From Burkholderiaceae bacterium (lineage in GTDB: Bacteria; Pseudomonadota; Gammaproteobacteria; Burkholderiales; Burkholderiaceae_E), in the NCBI GenBank assembly GCA_035628395.1, contig DASPJX010000204.1, positions 5,747 through 69,746 on the forward strand: a stretch of DNA of 64,000 bases. The letters run 5' to 3'. The notes under the pieces were generated by a model. That model made no database searches and was not told the DNA's origin. It worked only from the letters and a program-made list of their open reading frames with translations. A program made the position numbers and the translations under genes. Shown here one piece after another: positions 1 to 8,561 of this stretch (positions within the stretch are counted from its first letter, which is position 1; each line of letters opens with the position of its first letter).

Positions 1-1448
1 GGCGTCGCGGCGACCGCGACCTCGAGCACGCCGGGATGCCGGCGCAGCACCGACTCGACCTCGACCGCGGCGATGTTCTCGCCGCTGCGCCGGATCACGT
101 TCTTGCGCCGGTCGACGAAGTGCAGCGCCCCGGCCTCGCCGCGGCGCACGACGTCGCCGGTGCGGAACCAGCCGCCCGCCCAGGCCTGCGCGGTGGCCTC
201 GGCGTCCTTCAGGTACTCGCGGAAGAAGCCGCGGCGCGGCTCCGGGCCGGCGGCGCGCACCAGCAGCTCGCCGGGCGTGCCGTCGGGCACGTCGCGGTCC
301 GCCTCGTCGACGATCCGCAGCTCGAGCTCCGGGCCGGGCACGCCGAAGCAGCTCTGCCCGACGTGGCGCGGCTCGCGGTTGGCGATCACGACCGCGCCCG
401 CGCCGGTCTCGGTCATCGCCCAGGCCTCGAGCAGCGGAAACCCGAAGCGCGCCTCGAAGCTCGCGTGGTGGCGCCGGTCCACGCCCGCGCCGAAGCCGAA
501 CCGCACGCCGTGGTCGCGGTCGTCGGGCGACTCGGGCGCGCCGATCAGCATCGCCGGCATCACGCCGAGGTAGTGGACGATCGTCGCGCGCGACGCGCGC
601 ACCGCGCGCCACCAGCTCGACGGATGGAAGCGGTCCAGCGGCACGACGCAGCCGGCCGACAGCAGCATCGCCATCGTCGAGTACGCCATCGCGTTCATGT
701 GCGTCATCGGCAGCGGCGTGATCAGCCGCTCCTGCCCGAAGCGGATCGCGCAGAGCCCGCCGGCCCGCAGGTACCAGCGCCCGGCGATCAGGTAGTACGC
801 GTTGTCGAGCACGCAGCCCTTGGGCCGGCCGGTGGTGCCCGAGGTGTAGAGCAGCCCGCACTCCGAGTCGGGGCCGGGGTCGCCCGCGCGCGGCGCGGGC
901 CCGGGCGCCGGCGCGAGCGAGGCGAGCCCGCGCGGCGCGGCGCCGCCGGGGCCGGCGTGCGTCTCGTCGTCGAGGCTCGGCACGACGCACACCGTGCAGC
1001 CGGTGCGCGCGGCCGCCGCGCGCAGGTCGTCGACCCGCGCCGGCAGCGCGACCGCCACGCACAGCCCGCTGTGCTCGACGAGGTAGTCGAGCTCGGCGGC
1101 GCGCAGCTCGCCGTTGATCGGCACGACGGAGACGCCGAGCGCGTTCAGCGCGAGCCAGGTGAGGAAGAACGACGGCCGGTTCTCGAGCAGCAGCCCCGCG
1201 CGATGGCCGTGGCCGTAGCCGGCCGCCGCGAAGCGCGCCGCGATCTCGCGGACCGCGACGAGCGCGCGGCCGTAGTCGAGCTCGATCGGCGCGATGCCCG
1301 CGCGGTGCGCGACCTCGGGCAGGATCTGCAGGAACGGGCGTCGCGGATGCTCGGTCGCGATCCGCTCGAACGCGGCGAACACGCTCGCGTCGTCGTCGGG
1401 CACGGGGGGCGACGCGCGGCCGTCGCCGTCCGGGAGGAGCGGGCTCAT
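1..1448 (-). CDS. AMP-dependent aryl/acyl-CoA synthetase (3' end cut by the window edge)
   Basis: Absent from the ORF track because it is open at the edge. My translation of the minus strand from ATG at 1448 gives MSPLLPDGDG..., then LLYTSGTTGRPKG (AMP-binding signature), WAMTETG and GWFRTGD. Its ATG overlaps the stop of the upstream beta-subunit gene (ATGA at 1445-1448). Confidence 0.85.
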   Translation of the reverse strand, partial: MSPLLPDGDGRASPPVPDDDASVFAAFERIATEHPRRPFLQILPEVAHRAGIAPIELDYGRALVAVREIAARFAAAGYGHGHRAGLLLENRPSFFLTWLALNALGVSVVPINGELRAAELDYLVEHSGLCVAVALPARVDDLRAAAARTGCTVCVVPSLDDETHAGPGGAAPRGLASLAPAPGPAPRAGDPGPDSECGLLYTSGTTGRPKGCVLDNAYYLIAGRWYLRAGGLCAIRFGQERLITPLPMTHMNAMAYSTMAMLLSAGCVVPLDRFHPSSWWRAVRASRATIVHYLGVMPAMLIGAPESPDDRDHGVRFGFGAGVDRRHHASFEARFGFPLLEAWAMTETGAGAVVIANREPRHVGQSCFGVPGPELELRIVDEADRDVPDGTPGELLVRAAGPEPRRGFFREYLKDAEATAQAWAGGWFRTGDVVRRGEAGALHFVDRRKNVIRRSGENIAAVEVESVLRRHPGVLEVAVAAT

Positions 1449-1936
1449 GGGAAGAGCTGGATCGAGGGCAGCGCGGCGTCGCAGTTCAGCAGGTCCACCC
1501 GCTTCAGGCGGATCCGCGGCGCGCCGTCGACCGTCGCGATCGTGTGGCGCACGACCGCGGCGAGCACGATCTGCGCCTCGCCCTGCGTCTCGACGTAGAG
1601 CTCGTTCGTGCGCATCGTCCAGGTCCCGGCGGCCTCGTCGGCGGACTCGAGCTCCGGGCGCTGGAGCACGTGCAGGCAGCGCACCGGCGGATGCAGCGAG
1701 AACGAGCGCGGGTTGGAGAAGCGCTCGATCCGCAGCCGCAGCAGCAGCTTGTCCTCGTCCATCAGCGAGGTGTGGTTCTCGCGGTCGGGCTGCCCGGGCG
1801 CGAGCGGCACCCAGTAGACGCCGTCGTCCGCGTACAGCGCGTACCACTCCTCCCAGCGGCGCTCGTCGATCAGCCGCGCCTCGAGGTAGACGAGCTCGGC
1901 GAGGCGCTCGGCCGTCGTCGGTGCGGCGCCCGTCAT
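1445..1936 (-). CDS. Aromatic ring-hydroxylating (Rieske) dioxygenase, beta (small) subunit
   Basis: C-terminal 163 codons of track ORF 1445..3139, starting MTGAAPTTAERLAELVYLEARLIDERRWEEWYALY (NTF2-like beta-subunit pattern). ATGA overlaps with the alpha subunit (1933-1936) and the CoA ligase. Confidence 0.8.
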   Translation of the reverse strand: MTGAAPTTAERLAELVYLEARLIDERRWEEWYALYADDGVYWVPLAPGQPDRENHTSLMDEDKLLLRLRIERFSNPRSFSLHPPVRCLHVLQRPELESADEAAGTWTMRTNELYVETQGEAQIVLAAVVRHTIATVDGAPRIRLKRVDLLNCDAALPSIQLFP

Positions 1937-3282
1937 GCCGGCGTCCCCTCGGTCATGTAGCGCGCCCACGCGCGGAACTGGTTGCGCATCGACACCTCGC
2001 TCGTGCCCTTCGTCGTGCGGTCGGCGGCGCCGATCTCCGCGGGATCGAAGTCGCGGTGCAGGCTGACCCACGGGTTGCCCGAGGCGGCGAGCCCCTGCTG
2101 GATCGACCGGTAGCAGTGCAGGTCGTCGTGGCCGACGACCGACATCGGCGAGTTGATCAGCCGCGAGTACGTCATCGTCCGCTTCAGCAGCGACTCGGGC
2201 GCGCCGACCTGCCGGAAGGTCCACGACTCGATCAGCGTCCGGTCCGCGGCGAGCGGGCGCACGACGCGGATCGCCGAGATCGCGCCCTTGATCGTCAGGC
2301 TCGGGTAGTAGACGGTGTTGTGCCGCACCTCGCCGAGGATCGCGTGCGCGCGCTCCTCGCCGTACGCGGCGACCATCGCGCGCTCGTACTCGGGGATCTG
2401 CGAGTACTTCGAGTGGATCGAGCCGTGCACGCCGGTGTAGCCGTGCCCGTTGTCGAACACCCGCACGCCCATCGAGTCGAAGAAGTCGTAGCTCGACACG
2501 AAGGGCACGAACTGCTCGATCGCCATCGGCTTGGGCTCGTCGGCCGGCCGGCCGGACCACAGCCGCTTGGCGGTGCCGGCCGAGGACTCGTGCGCCACCA
2601 TCGGATGCATGGTGTCGTTCAGGTTCTCGACGAACATCTTCCAGTTGCAGTCGTGCAGGTAGCGCAGCACGCCGCCGGCCACCTCGAGCCGGCCTTCGGG
2701 CGAGCGCTCGACCATGTTGTCGATCGAGGTCAGCGACGCGCCGAAGTACTCGCGAAAGCCCGGCCCGTCGTCCGACAGCCGGCAGAACACGAAGCCCCGG
2801 TAGTTCTCGACGTGGCGCAGCGCGGCCATCCCCCGCGCGTTGGGCGAGCGCTCGAAGCCCGTGCCCTCGTAGCCCTGCTTCAGCGGTACCGCCCGGATCG
2901 CCCCGTCCAGGTCGTACGCCCACGCATGGTACGGACAGCGAAAGAACCGCCCGACGTGGCCCGACGCCTCGCTCACCAGCTTCGCGCCCTTGTGCGCGCA
3001 GCGGTTCTCCAGCACCCGCACCGCGCCGTCCTCGCCGCGCACCATCACCAGCGGCCGCCCGGCGATCTCCACCGCCGCGTAGTCGCCCGGCGCCGGCACC
3101 TGGCTGTCGTGCCCGACGTACACCCAGGTGCGCGACCACAGCCGCTCGCGCTCGAGCTCGTACACCTCGGCGTCGACGTACACGTCGCGGTGCACCGCGT
3201 CCTCGCGCACCAGCGCGCGCAGCGCACCCGGATCGTCGCGGTAGCGGCTCCGCGCGCGCGGAGCCCCGGTCGTCGCGTCCAT
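1933..3282 (-). CDS. Aromatic ring-hydroxylating (Rieske) dioxygenase, alpha (large) subunit
   Basis: Track ORF of 449 aa. Rieske 2Fe-2S motif CAHKG...CPYHAW and mononuclear-iron motif DTMHPMVAH. Confidence 0.9.
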   Translation of the reverse strand: MDATTGAPRARSRYRDDPGALRALVREDAVHRDVYVDAEVYELERERLWSRTWVYVGHDSQVPAPGDYAAVEIAGRPLVMVRGEDGAVRVLENRCAHKGAKLVSEASGHVGRFFRCPYHAWAYDLDGAIRAVPLKQGYEGTGFERSPNARGMAALRHVENYRGFVFCRLSDDGPGFREYFGASLTSIDNMVERSPEGRLEVAGGVLRYLHDCNWKMFVENLNDTMHPMVAHESSAGTAKRLWSGRPADEPKPMAIEQFVPFVSSYDFFDSMGVRVFDNGHGYTGVHGSIHSKYSQIPEYERAMVAAYGEERAHAILGEVRHNTVYYPSLTIKGAISAIRVVRPLAADRTLIESWTFRQVGAPESLLKRTMTYSRLINSPMSVVGHDDLHCYRSIQQGLAASGNPWVSLHRDFDPAEIGAADRTTKGTSEVSMRNQFRAWARYMTEGTPA

Positions 3283-3321
3283 TCTCCCTCCCTCCTCAGT
3301 CGGTGGAGCCGGCGCGCCGGC

Positions 3322-5043
3322 TCAGGCGGCGTGCGCGGCGGGCGGCACGGCGCCGCCCCCCTCGAGCCGCGCGAGCGCCGCGCCGAGCGCGACCCCGCCC
3401 TCGTCGGCGAGCGCCGCCTCGCGCAGGCCGCGCAGGCCCGCCGCCGACAGCGCGCCCGGCGGCAGGCGGTCGACCGCCTGCATCAGCCGCTCGAAGTTCG
3501 CCCAGCCGCGCGCGTGCGTGTCCGAGTAGCCGCGCACCAGCGTCTGGCAGCGCGCGATCTCGAGCGCGAGCGCCGGATCGCGACCCGCGACCGCGACGAC
3601 GCGCGCGAGCCAGTCACCGATCCGCGCCGTCTCGACCTGGAAGCGCAGCGACGAGCGGCGGATCCGCCGCAGCGACGCGACCGCGTAGAGCGTCAGGAAG
3701 CCGCGCACCGAGCTCGTCCGCACGACCCGCCCGCCGCCGGCCAGGCGCGTCGCCCAGCCGCGCAGCCGCGGGCCGGCGAGCAGCCGCCGACCCAGCGCGG
3801 CGGGCAGCGTGTCGGCGATCTCCTCGACGCGCGGATGCAGGAACTCCCCGATCTCGAGCAGCTGGCCGTCGGCCAGCCGGACCTCGCCCGCGACCCGCTC
3901 GAAGCGGCTGCGCCGCGTCTTCAGGTCGGCCACGCGCACCGTGTCCTCGTACGACATCCACAGCGCGAGGTGCCGCGCGGTCTCGGCGAGCAGCGCGTGC
4001 GGCGGCTCGCCGGCGATCGCGCCGCCGCCCCGCGCGTCGAGCGCGCGCAGCGGCCCGAGGCGATCGAGGTAGTCGGCCGCGTGCGCCTCGTCCTGCCAGT
4101 CGGCCAGCCGCAGCACGCCCGCGCGCAGCACCTCGTGCGCCTCGGCCGGGAAGTCGGCGACGATCCGCGCCTCGTGCGCGCGCAGCCGCGGCCCGAGCAC
4201 CGTCGGCCGACGGGCCGGGGCGGCCGCGCCCGGTCCGCCGGGCAGCGCCGCGCTGCCCGAGGGGCCGTCGGCGACCGAGGTCGCGCCGGTCGAGACCGCG
4301 TCGCCGGGCGCCGGGAGCGGCGCCGCGGCCGCCTCGCGGGCGGCGTCGAAGCCGGCGGCGAACGCGGCGAGGCTCGCGTCGACGCCGACGCCGCCGCGCC
4401 GGACCGCGGCCTCGAAGGCCTCGCGCGGGAACGGCAGCGCGCCGGTGCCGGCGAGCGCGCCGAACAGCGAGGCGCTGATCACGCTGCGGGCGTCCTCGGC
4501 GAGCCGCGCGAAGTCGGCCGCGACGAACCGGCGCGCCGCGTCGCGGCCGGCCCCCAGCAGCGCCGACGAGTCGACGCGGCCGTCGGCCATCGCGGTCTTC
4601 TCGGTCATCGAATAGACGCGGTTGGTCGAGGCGATCAGCGTGGTGCGGTCGTCGCTGACGAGGCCGCGCTGGATCGCGCGCCCCGCCTCCATCAGCTCCG
4701 AGGCGATCACCACGTCGACCTCGCCGGGCGTCGGCATCAGCGCGAGCACCGGCTCGCGGCCGGCCGCGCGCACCGCCGCCTCGGGGAACAGCTCCACGTA
4801 GTAGATCGTCGCGCCGGTGCGCTGCGCGACGCCGGGCACCGAGGTGGCCTGCGCGACGAAGCCGTTCGACTCGCCGAGGTCGACCACCCAGTCGGCGAGC
4901 ACCCCGCCGCCCTCGCCGCCCATCGCGAGGATCGCGACGCAGATCGCGCGCGGACGCCCCGCGTCCACGACGCCGGCCGTCCCGGCCGTGGCCGCGGGCG
5001 CCGCGGCGTCGCCGCGCGGGCGGGACAGCTCGCGCGCGCTCAT
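3322..5043 (-). CDS. iorB: Indolepyruvate/aryl-2-oxoacid:ferredoxin oxidoreductase, beta subunit (IorB-like)
   Basis: C-terminal 573 codons of track ORF 3322..6711, starting MSARELS at ATG 5043, which overlaps the IorA stop (ATGA 5040-5043). N-terminal AILAMGGEGGGVLADW catalytic-type domain. The upstream part of the track ORF is R/A/G junk antisense to iorA. Confidence 0.8.
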   Translation of the reverse strand: MSARELSRPRGDAAAPAATAGTAGVVDAGRPRAICVAILAMGGEGGGVLADWVVDLGESNGFVAQATSVPGVAQRTGATIYYVELFPEAAVRAAGREPVLALMPTPGEVDVVIASELMEAGRAIQRGLVSDDRTTLIASTNRVYSMTEKTAMADGRVDSSALLGAGRDAARRFVAADFARLAEDARSVISASLFGALAGTGALPFPREAFEAAVRRGGVGVDASLAAFAAGFDAAREAAAAPLPAPGDAVSTGATSVADGPSGSAALPGGPGAAAPARRPTVLGPRLRAHEARIVADFPAEAHEVLRAGVLRLADWQDEAHAADYLDRLGPLRALDARGGGAIAGEPPHALLAETARHLALWMSYEDTVRVADLKTRRSRFERVAGEVRLADGQLLEIGEFLHPRVEEIADTLPAALGRRLLAGPRLRGWATRLAGGGRVVRTSSVRGFLTLYAVASLRRIRRSSLRFQVETARIGDWLARVVAVAGRDPALALEIARCQTLVRGYSDTHARGWANFERLMQAVDRLPPGALSAAGLRGLREAALADEGGVALGAALARLEGGGAVPPAAHAA

Positions 5044-7274
5044 GCCGCGAACCCCTCGAGCCGGCGCTCGATGCGGCGCTGCAGCCAGCCGACGATCCGG
5101 CGGCGCCAGCGGTCGCGACGGCGATCGCCCGCGCTCGGGTTGTGGACGATGCCGGCCCGGTAGAACGACGGGCACAGCACCGCGGCGTGCGACACCTCGC
5201 CGCACAGCCCGCAGCCGACGCAGGAGTCGACGACCGCGGCGATCGGCTCGGTGCGCAGCGGGTCGGGGTTGTCGCGCACCGTCAGCGACGGGCAGCCCGA
5301 CAGCCGGATGCACGAACGATCGCCGGTGCAGGTGTCCGGGTCGACGCCGAAGCGCTCGCGCACCACCCGCTCGCCCGAGGCGATCGCCGCGCGCTGCTTC
5401 GGCTTCTCGCGCCGCTGCCGGTTGAGCATGCACTCGCTCTGCGCGACGACGACCTTCGGGCCCTTCTCGGGCGTGGTCAGCGCCTCGCGCAGCACGTCGC
5501 GCATCCGGGACACCGAGTACGTGTTCGTCACGGTGCGCACCCATTCGACGCCGACGCCGCGGACCGCGCGCTCGATCGGGTTGTTCGTCGAGCGCAGCCC
5601 GTTCTCCGCCTTCGACGACATCACGTCCTGGCCGCCGGTCGCGGCCGAGTAGCCGTTGTCGATCACGAGCAGCACGTTGTCGGTCTTGTTGAACACCGCG
5701 TTGCCCACGCCGCTCGTCAGGCCGTTGTGCCAGAAGCCGCCGTCGCCCATCACGCTGATCGTGCGCTTCGCGGTCTCGTCGGTGTTGAGCGCGGCGGCGC
5801 CCGCCCAGCCCAGGCCGTAGCCCATCGTCGTCGCGCCGATCTCGAACGGCGGCAGGATCGAGAACAGGTTGCAGCCGATGTCGCAGCTGACGTGGTGCCG
5901 CCCCAGCTCGCGCTCGAGCAGCTTCATCGCGGCGAAGATCGGCCGCTCGGGGCAGCCGGTGCAGAACGACGGCGGACGCGCGTGCACGTGCGGCGCCACC
6001 GCGGCCGCCGGCTCGGGGACGCGGCGCGGCGGACGCGCGATGGCCGACGGATCGATCCGCGCGACGACCGGCGCGTCGGTCCTCACCGGCGCGGCGGCGG
6101 CGGCGGGCCGTGCCGCGCGCGGCAGCGGCCGGCCGGCGAGCAGCGCCGGCTCCGTCAGCTCGACGAAGCGCGCGACGCCCGCGGTCACCGCGCCGCCGGT
6201 GTACTCGCCGGCGGCCGGCAGCACGTCCTTGCCGTGGATCGCGGTCTGCAGCCCGGCGCGGCGCAGGATCGTGTTCAGCGCCTGCTCGATGTAGTCGGGC
6301 TGCCCCTCCTCGACGAGCAGCACCGCGCGCTTGTCGGCGCAGAAGGCCGCCACCTCCTCGTCGATCAGCGGATAGGTGACGTTGAGCACGTACAGCGGGA
6401 TGCGGCTGCGGCCGAACGCGTCGGCGAGGCCGAGCGTCTCGAGCGCGCGCACCACGCCGTTGTACATCCCGCCCTGCATCACGATGCCGAGCCCGGACAC
6501 GTCGCCGTCGAAGAACTCGTTCAGCCGGTGCTCGCGCACGAAGCGCACGGCCGCCGGCCAGCGCTTGGTGATCTTCTCCTGCTCGTGCTGGTAGCTCATC
6601 GGCGGCAGCACGATCCGGCCGGTGTCGCGGCGCGGGTTCTCGATCGCGTCCTTCAGCGAGTACGGCGCGCGGCGGTTCGCCTTGGTGCGGAAGCGGCCGT
6701 GCACGTGGCACGCGCGGATCCGCAGCTCGAGCATCACCGGCGTGTTCGAGGCCTCGGACAGCTCGAAGCCCTTCTCGACCATCTCGACGATCTTCGGCAG
6801 GTTCGGGCGCGGGTCGAGCAGCCAGACCTGCGACTTCATCGCGAACGCGTGCGAGCGCTCCTGCATGATCGAGGAGCCCTCGCCGTAGTCCTCGCCGACG
6901 ATCAGCATCGCGCCGCCGGTGACCCCGCCCGAGGCGAGGTTGGCGAGCGCGTCGGACGCGACGTTGGTGCCGACGGTCGACTTGAAGGTGACCGCGCCGC
7001 GCAGCGGCGTGTTCACCGAGGCGGCGAGCGTGGCCGCGGCCGTCGCCTCCGACGCGCTGTGCTCGAAGCGGATGCCGAGCTCCTGCAGGATGTCGTTCGC
7101 GTCGGTCAGCACGTCCATCAGGTGCGAGATCGGCGCGCCCTGGTAGCCGGCCACGTACGACACGCCCGACTGCAGCAGCGCCTTGGTGACCGCGAGGATG
7201 CCCTCGCCCCGGAACTCGTCGCCGTCGCCGAGCCGCAGCGACTGCACTTCCTTCTTGAACGACCTTTCCGCCAC
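5040..7274 (-). CDS. iorA: Indolepyruvate/aryl-2-oxoacid:ferredoxin oxidoreductase, alpha subunit (IorA-like, TPP and 4Fe-4S)
   Basis: Track ORF 5040..7340 (TTG start). Conserved N-terminus AERSFKKEVQSLRLGDGDEFRGEGILAVTKALLQSGVSYVAGYQGAP, TPP motif GDGGFWHNG, and Cys clusters CTGDRSCIRLSGCPS and CVGCGLCGEV. I prefer GTG at 7274, which has GGGAG 6 nt upstream. The TTG at 7340 sits inside the promoter palindrome. Confidence 0.8.
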   Translation of the reverse strand: MAERSFKKEVQSLRLGDGDEFRGEGILAVTKALLQSGVSYVAGYQGAPISHLMDVLTDANDILQELGIRFEHSASEATAAATLAASVNTPLRGAVTFKSTVGTNVASDALANLASGGVTGGAMLIVGEDYGEGSSIMQERSHAFAMKSQVWLLDPRPNLPKIVEMVEKGFELSEASNTPVMLELRIRACHVHGRFRTKANRRAPYSLKDAIENPRRDTGRIVLPPMSYQHEQEKITKRWPAAVRFVREHRLNEFFDGDVSGLGIVMQGGMYNGVVRALETLGLADAFGRSRIPLYVLNVTYPLIDEEVAAFCADKRAVLLVEEGQPDYIEQALNTILRRAGLQTAIHGKDVLPAAGEYTGGAVTAGVARFVELTEPALLAGRPLPRAARPAAAAAPVRTDAPVVARIDPSAIARPPRRVPEPAAAVAPHVHARPPSFCTGCPERPIFAAMKLLERELGRHHVSCDIGCNLFSILPPFEIGATTMGYGLGWAGAAALNTDETAKRTISVMGDGGFWHNGLTSGVGNAVFNKTDNVLLVIDNGYSAATGGQDVMSSKAENGLRSTNNPIERAVRGVGVEWVRTVTNTYSVSRMRDVLREALTTPEKGPKVVVAQSECMLNRQRREKPKQRAAIASGERVVRERFGVDPDTCTGDRSCIRLSGCPSLTVRDNPDPLRTEPIAAVVDSCVGCGLCGEVSHAAVLCPSFYRAGIVHNPSAGDRRRDRWRRRIVGWLQRRIERRLEGFAA

Positions 7275-7314
7275 CGTCCGCTCCCGGCTCCCGCGCCGCC
7301 TGCGCACGGGCGCG

Positions 7315-7341
7315 ATTGCATTAGATGAAAATTCATGCAAT
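7315..7341. promoter_or_regulatory. Perfect palindrome ATTGCAT-N13-ATGCAAT in the divergent iorA / thiolase-like promoter region; candidate operator (possibly for the MarR at 10622)
   Basis: Read directly from the sequence: ATTGCAT at 7315-7321 and ATGCAAT at 7335-7341, in the only AT-rich stretch of this region. It overlaps the predicted promoters TTGCAT-17-AATAGT (plus strand) and TTGACA-17-TCAAAT (minus strand, tgtcaa 7369-7374 and atttga 7346-7351). Confidence 0.35.
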
Positions 7342-7367
7342 AGTCATTTGAAGCCCGAAACTTCCGC

Positions 7368-8561
7368 GTGTCAAGCGTGCCCACCCCCCGAAACCGGATC
7401 GGCTACGACGAGGTCGCGATCGTCGCGCCGGTCACGGTGCCCTACGTGCGCTACTCGATCCGGGCGGCGCACTGGTTCGTCGCGCGGGCGCTGGCGCTGC
7501 TGCTCGAGCGCAGCGGGCTGTCCAAGGACGAGGTCGACGGCGCGTGCGTCTCGAGCTTCACGCTCGCGCCCGACAGCGCGATCGGCCTGATGCAGCACCT
7601 CGGGCTGTCGCCGCGCTGGCTCGACTGGCTGCCGATCGGCGGCGCGAGCGGCGTGATGGCGATGCGCCGCGCCGCGCGGGCGGTGCAGTCGGGCGACGCC
7701 GACGTCGTCGCCTGCGTCGCGGCCGACACCAACCACGTCGACTCGTTCCGGCTCACGCTGTCGAACTTCAGCCAGTTCGCCCGCGACGCGGTGTATCCGT
7801 ACGGCGCGGGCGGCCCGAACGCGAGCTTCGCGTTCCTGACCGACCACTACATGCGCACCTACGGCGCGACCCGCGAGGACTTCGGCAAGCTGTGCGTCGC
7901 GCAGCGCGAGAACGCGCTGCGCAACCCGCTCGCGCTGTTCAGGAAGCCGCTGACCCTGGCCGAGTACCTCGACGCGCGCCCGATCGCCGATCCGCTGCAC
8001 CTGTTCGACTGCGTGATGCCCTGCGCCGGCGCCGACGCGGTGCTCGTGATGCGGCGCGAGCGCGCGCGCGACCTCGGCCTGCCGTACGCGACGCTGCTCG
8101 GCACGATCGAGCGCCACAACGCGTTCCCCGACGATCCGGTGCAGTTCCGGGGCGGCTGGGAGATGGACCGCGACGACCTGTACGCGCAGGCGGGCGTCGG
8201 CCCGGCCGACGTCGACCTGTTCCAGCCCTACGACGACTACCCGGTGATCTCGATGATGCAGATCGAGGACCTGGGGTTCTGCGCGAAGGGCGAGGGGCCG
8301 GCGTTCGTGCGCGAGCACGGCTTCACCTGGCGCGACTCGTTCCCGCTCAACACCTCGGGCGGCCAGCTGTCGGCCGGCCAGGCGGGCTGCGCGGGCGGCT
8401 ACCTGGGGCTCGTCGAGGCGGTGCGCCAGCTGACCGGCGAGGCCGGCGAGCGGCAGGTCGCCGACGCCCGCATCGGGCTGGTCAGCGGCTTCGGGATGAT
8501 CAACTTCGACCGCGGCCTCGCCACCTGCGCCGCGCTGCTCGGACGCGGAGACGCCCGATGA
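7368..8561 (+). CDS. Thiolase-like (SCP-x/Ltp-type) protein lacking canonical thiolase catalytic residues; probable DUF35-dependent retro-aldolase/thiolase-fold enzyme
   Basis: Track ORF of 397 aa with a thiolase fold (NTSGGQLS..., ...DADVVACVAAD...). It has GGASG where thiolases carry CxSG and GQAGCAGG where they carry GHPxGATG. The stop overlaps the next gene's start (ATGA 8558-8561). The exact start (GTG 7368 or 7377) is uncertain. Confidence 0.8.
   Translation: MSSVPTPRNRIGYDEVAIVAPVTVPYVRYSIRAAHWFVARALALLLERSGLSKDEVDGACVSSFTLAPDSAIGLMQHLGLSPRWLDWLPIGGASGVMAMRRAARAVQSGDADVVACVAADTNHVDSFRLTLSNFSQFARDAVYPYGAGGPNASFAFLTDHYMRTYGATREDFGKLCVAQRENALRNPLALFRKPLTLAEYLDARPIADPLHLFDCVMPCAGADAVLVMRRERARDLGLPYATLLGTIERHNAFPDDPVQFRGGWEMDRDDLYAQAGVGPADVDLFQPYDDYPVISMMQIEDLGFCAKGEGPAFVREHGFTWRDSFPLNTSGGQLSAGQAGCAGGYLGLVEAVRQLTGEAGERQVADARIGLVSGFGMINFDRGLATCAALLGRGDAR

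Noticed and set aside
1294-5163. 1289-aa plus-strand ORF (also 3303..4478 and 36..1598) across the dioxygenase/iorB region.
   Set aside because: It is antisense to the CoA ligase, the Rieske alpha/beta genes and iorB, all of which carry diagnostic motifs. The composition is R/A/P-rich and there are no motifs.
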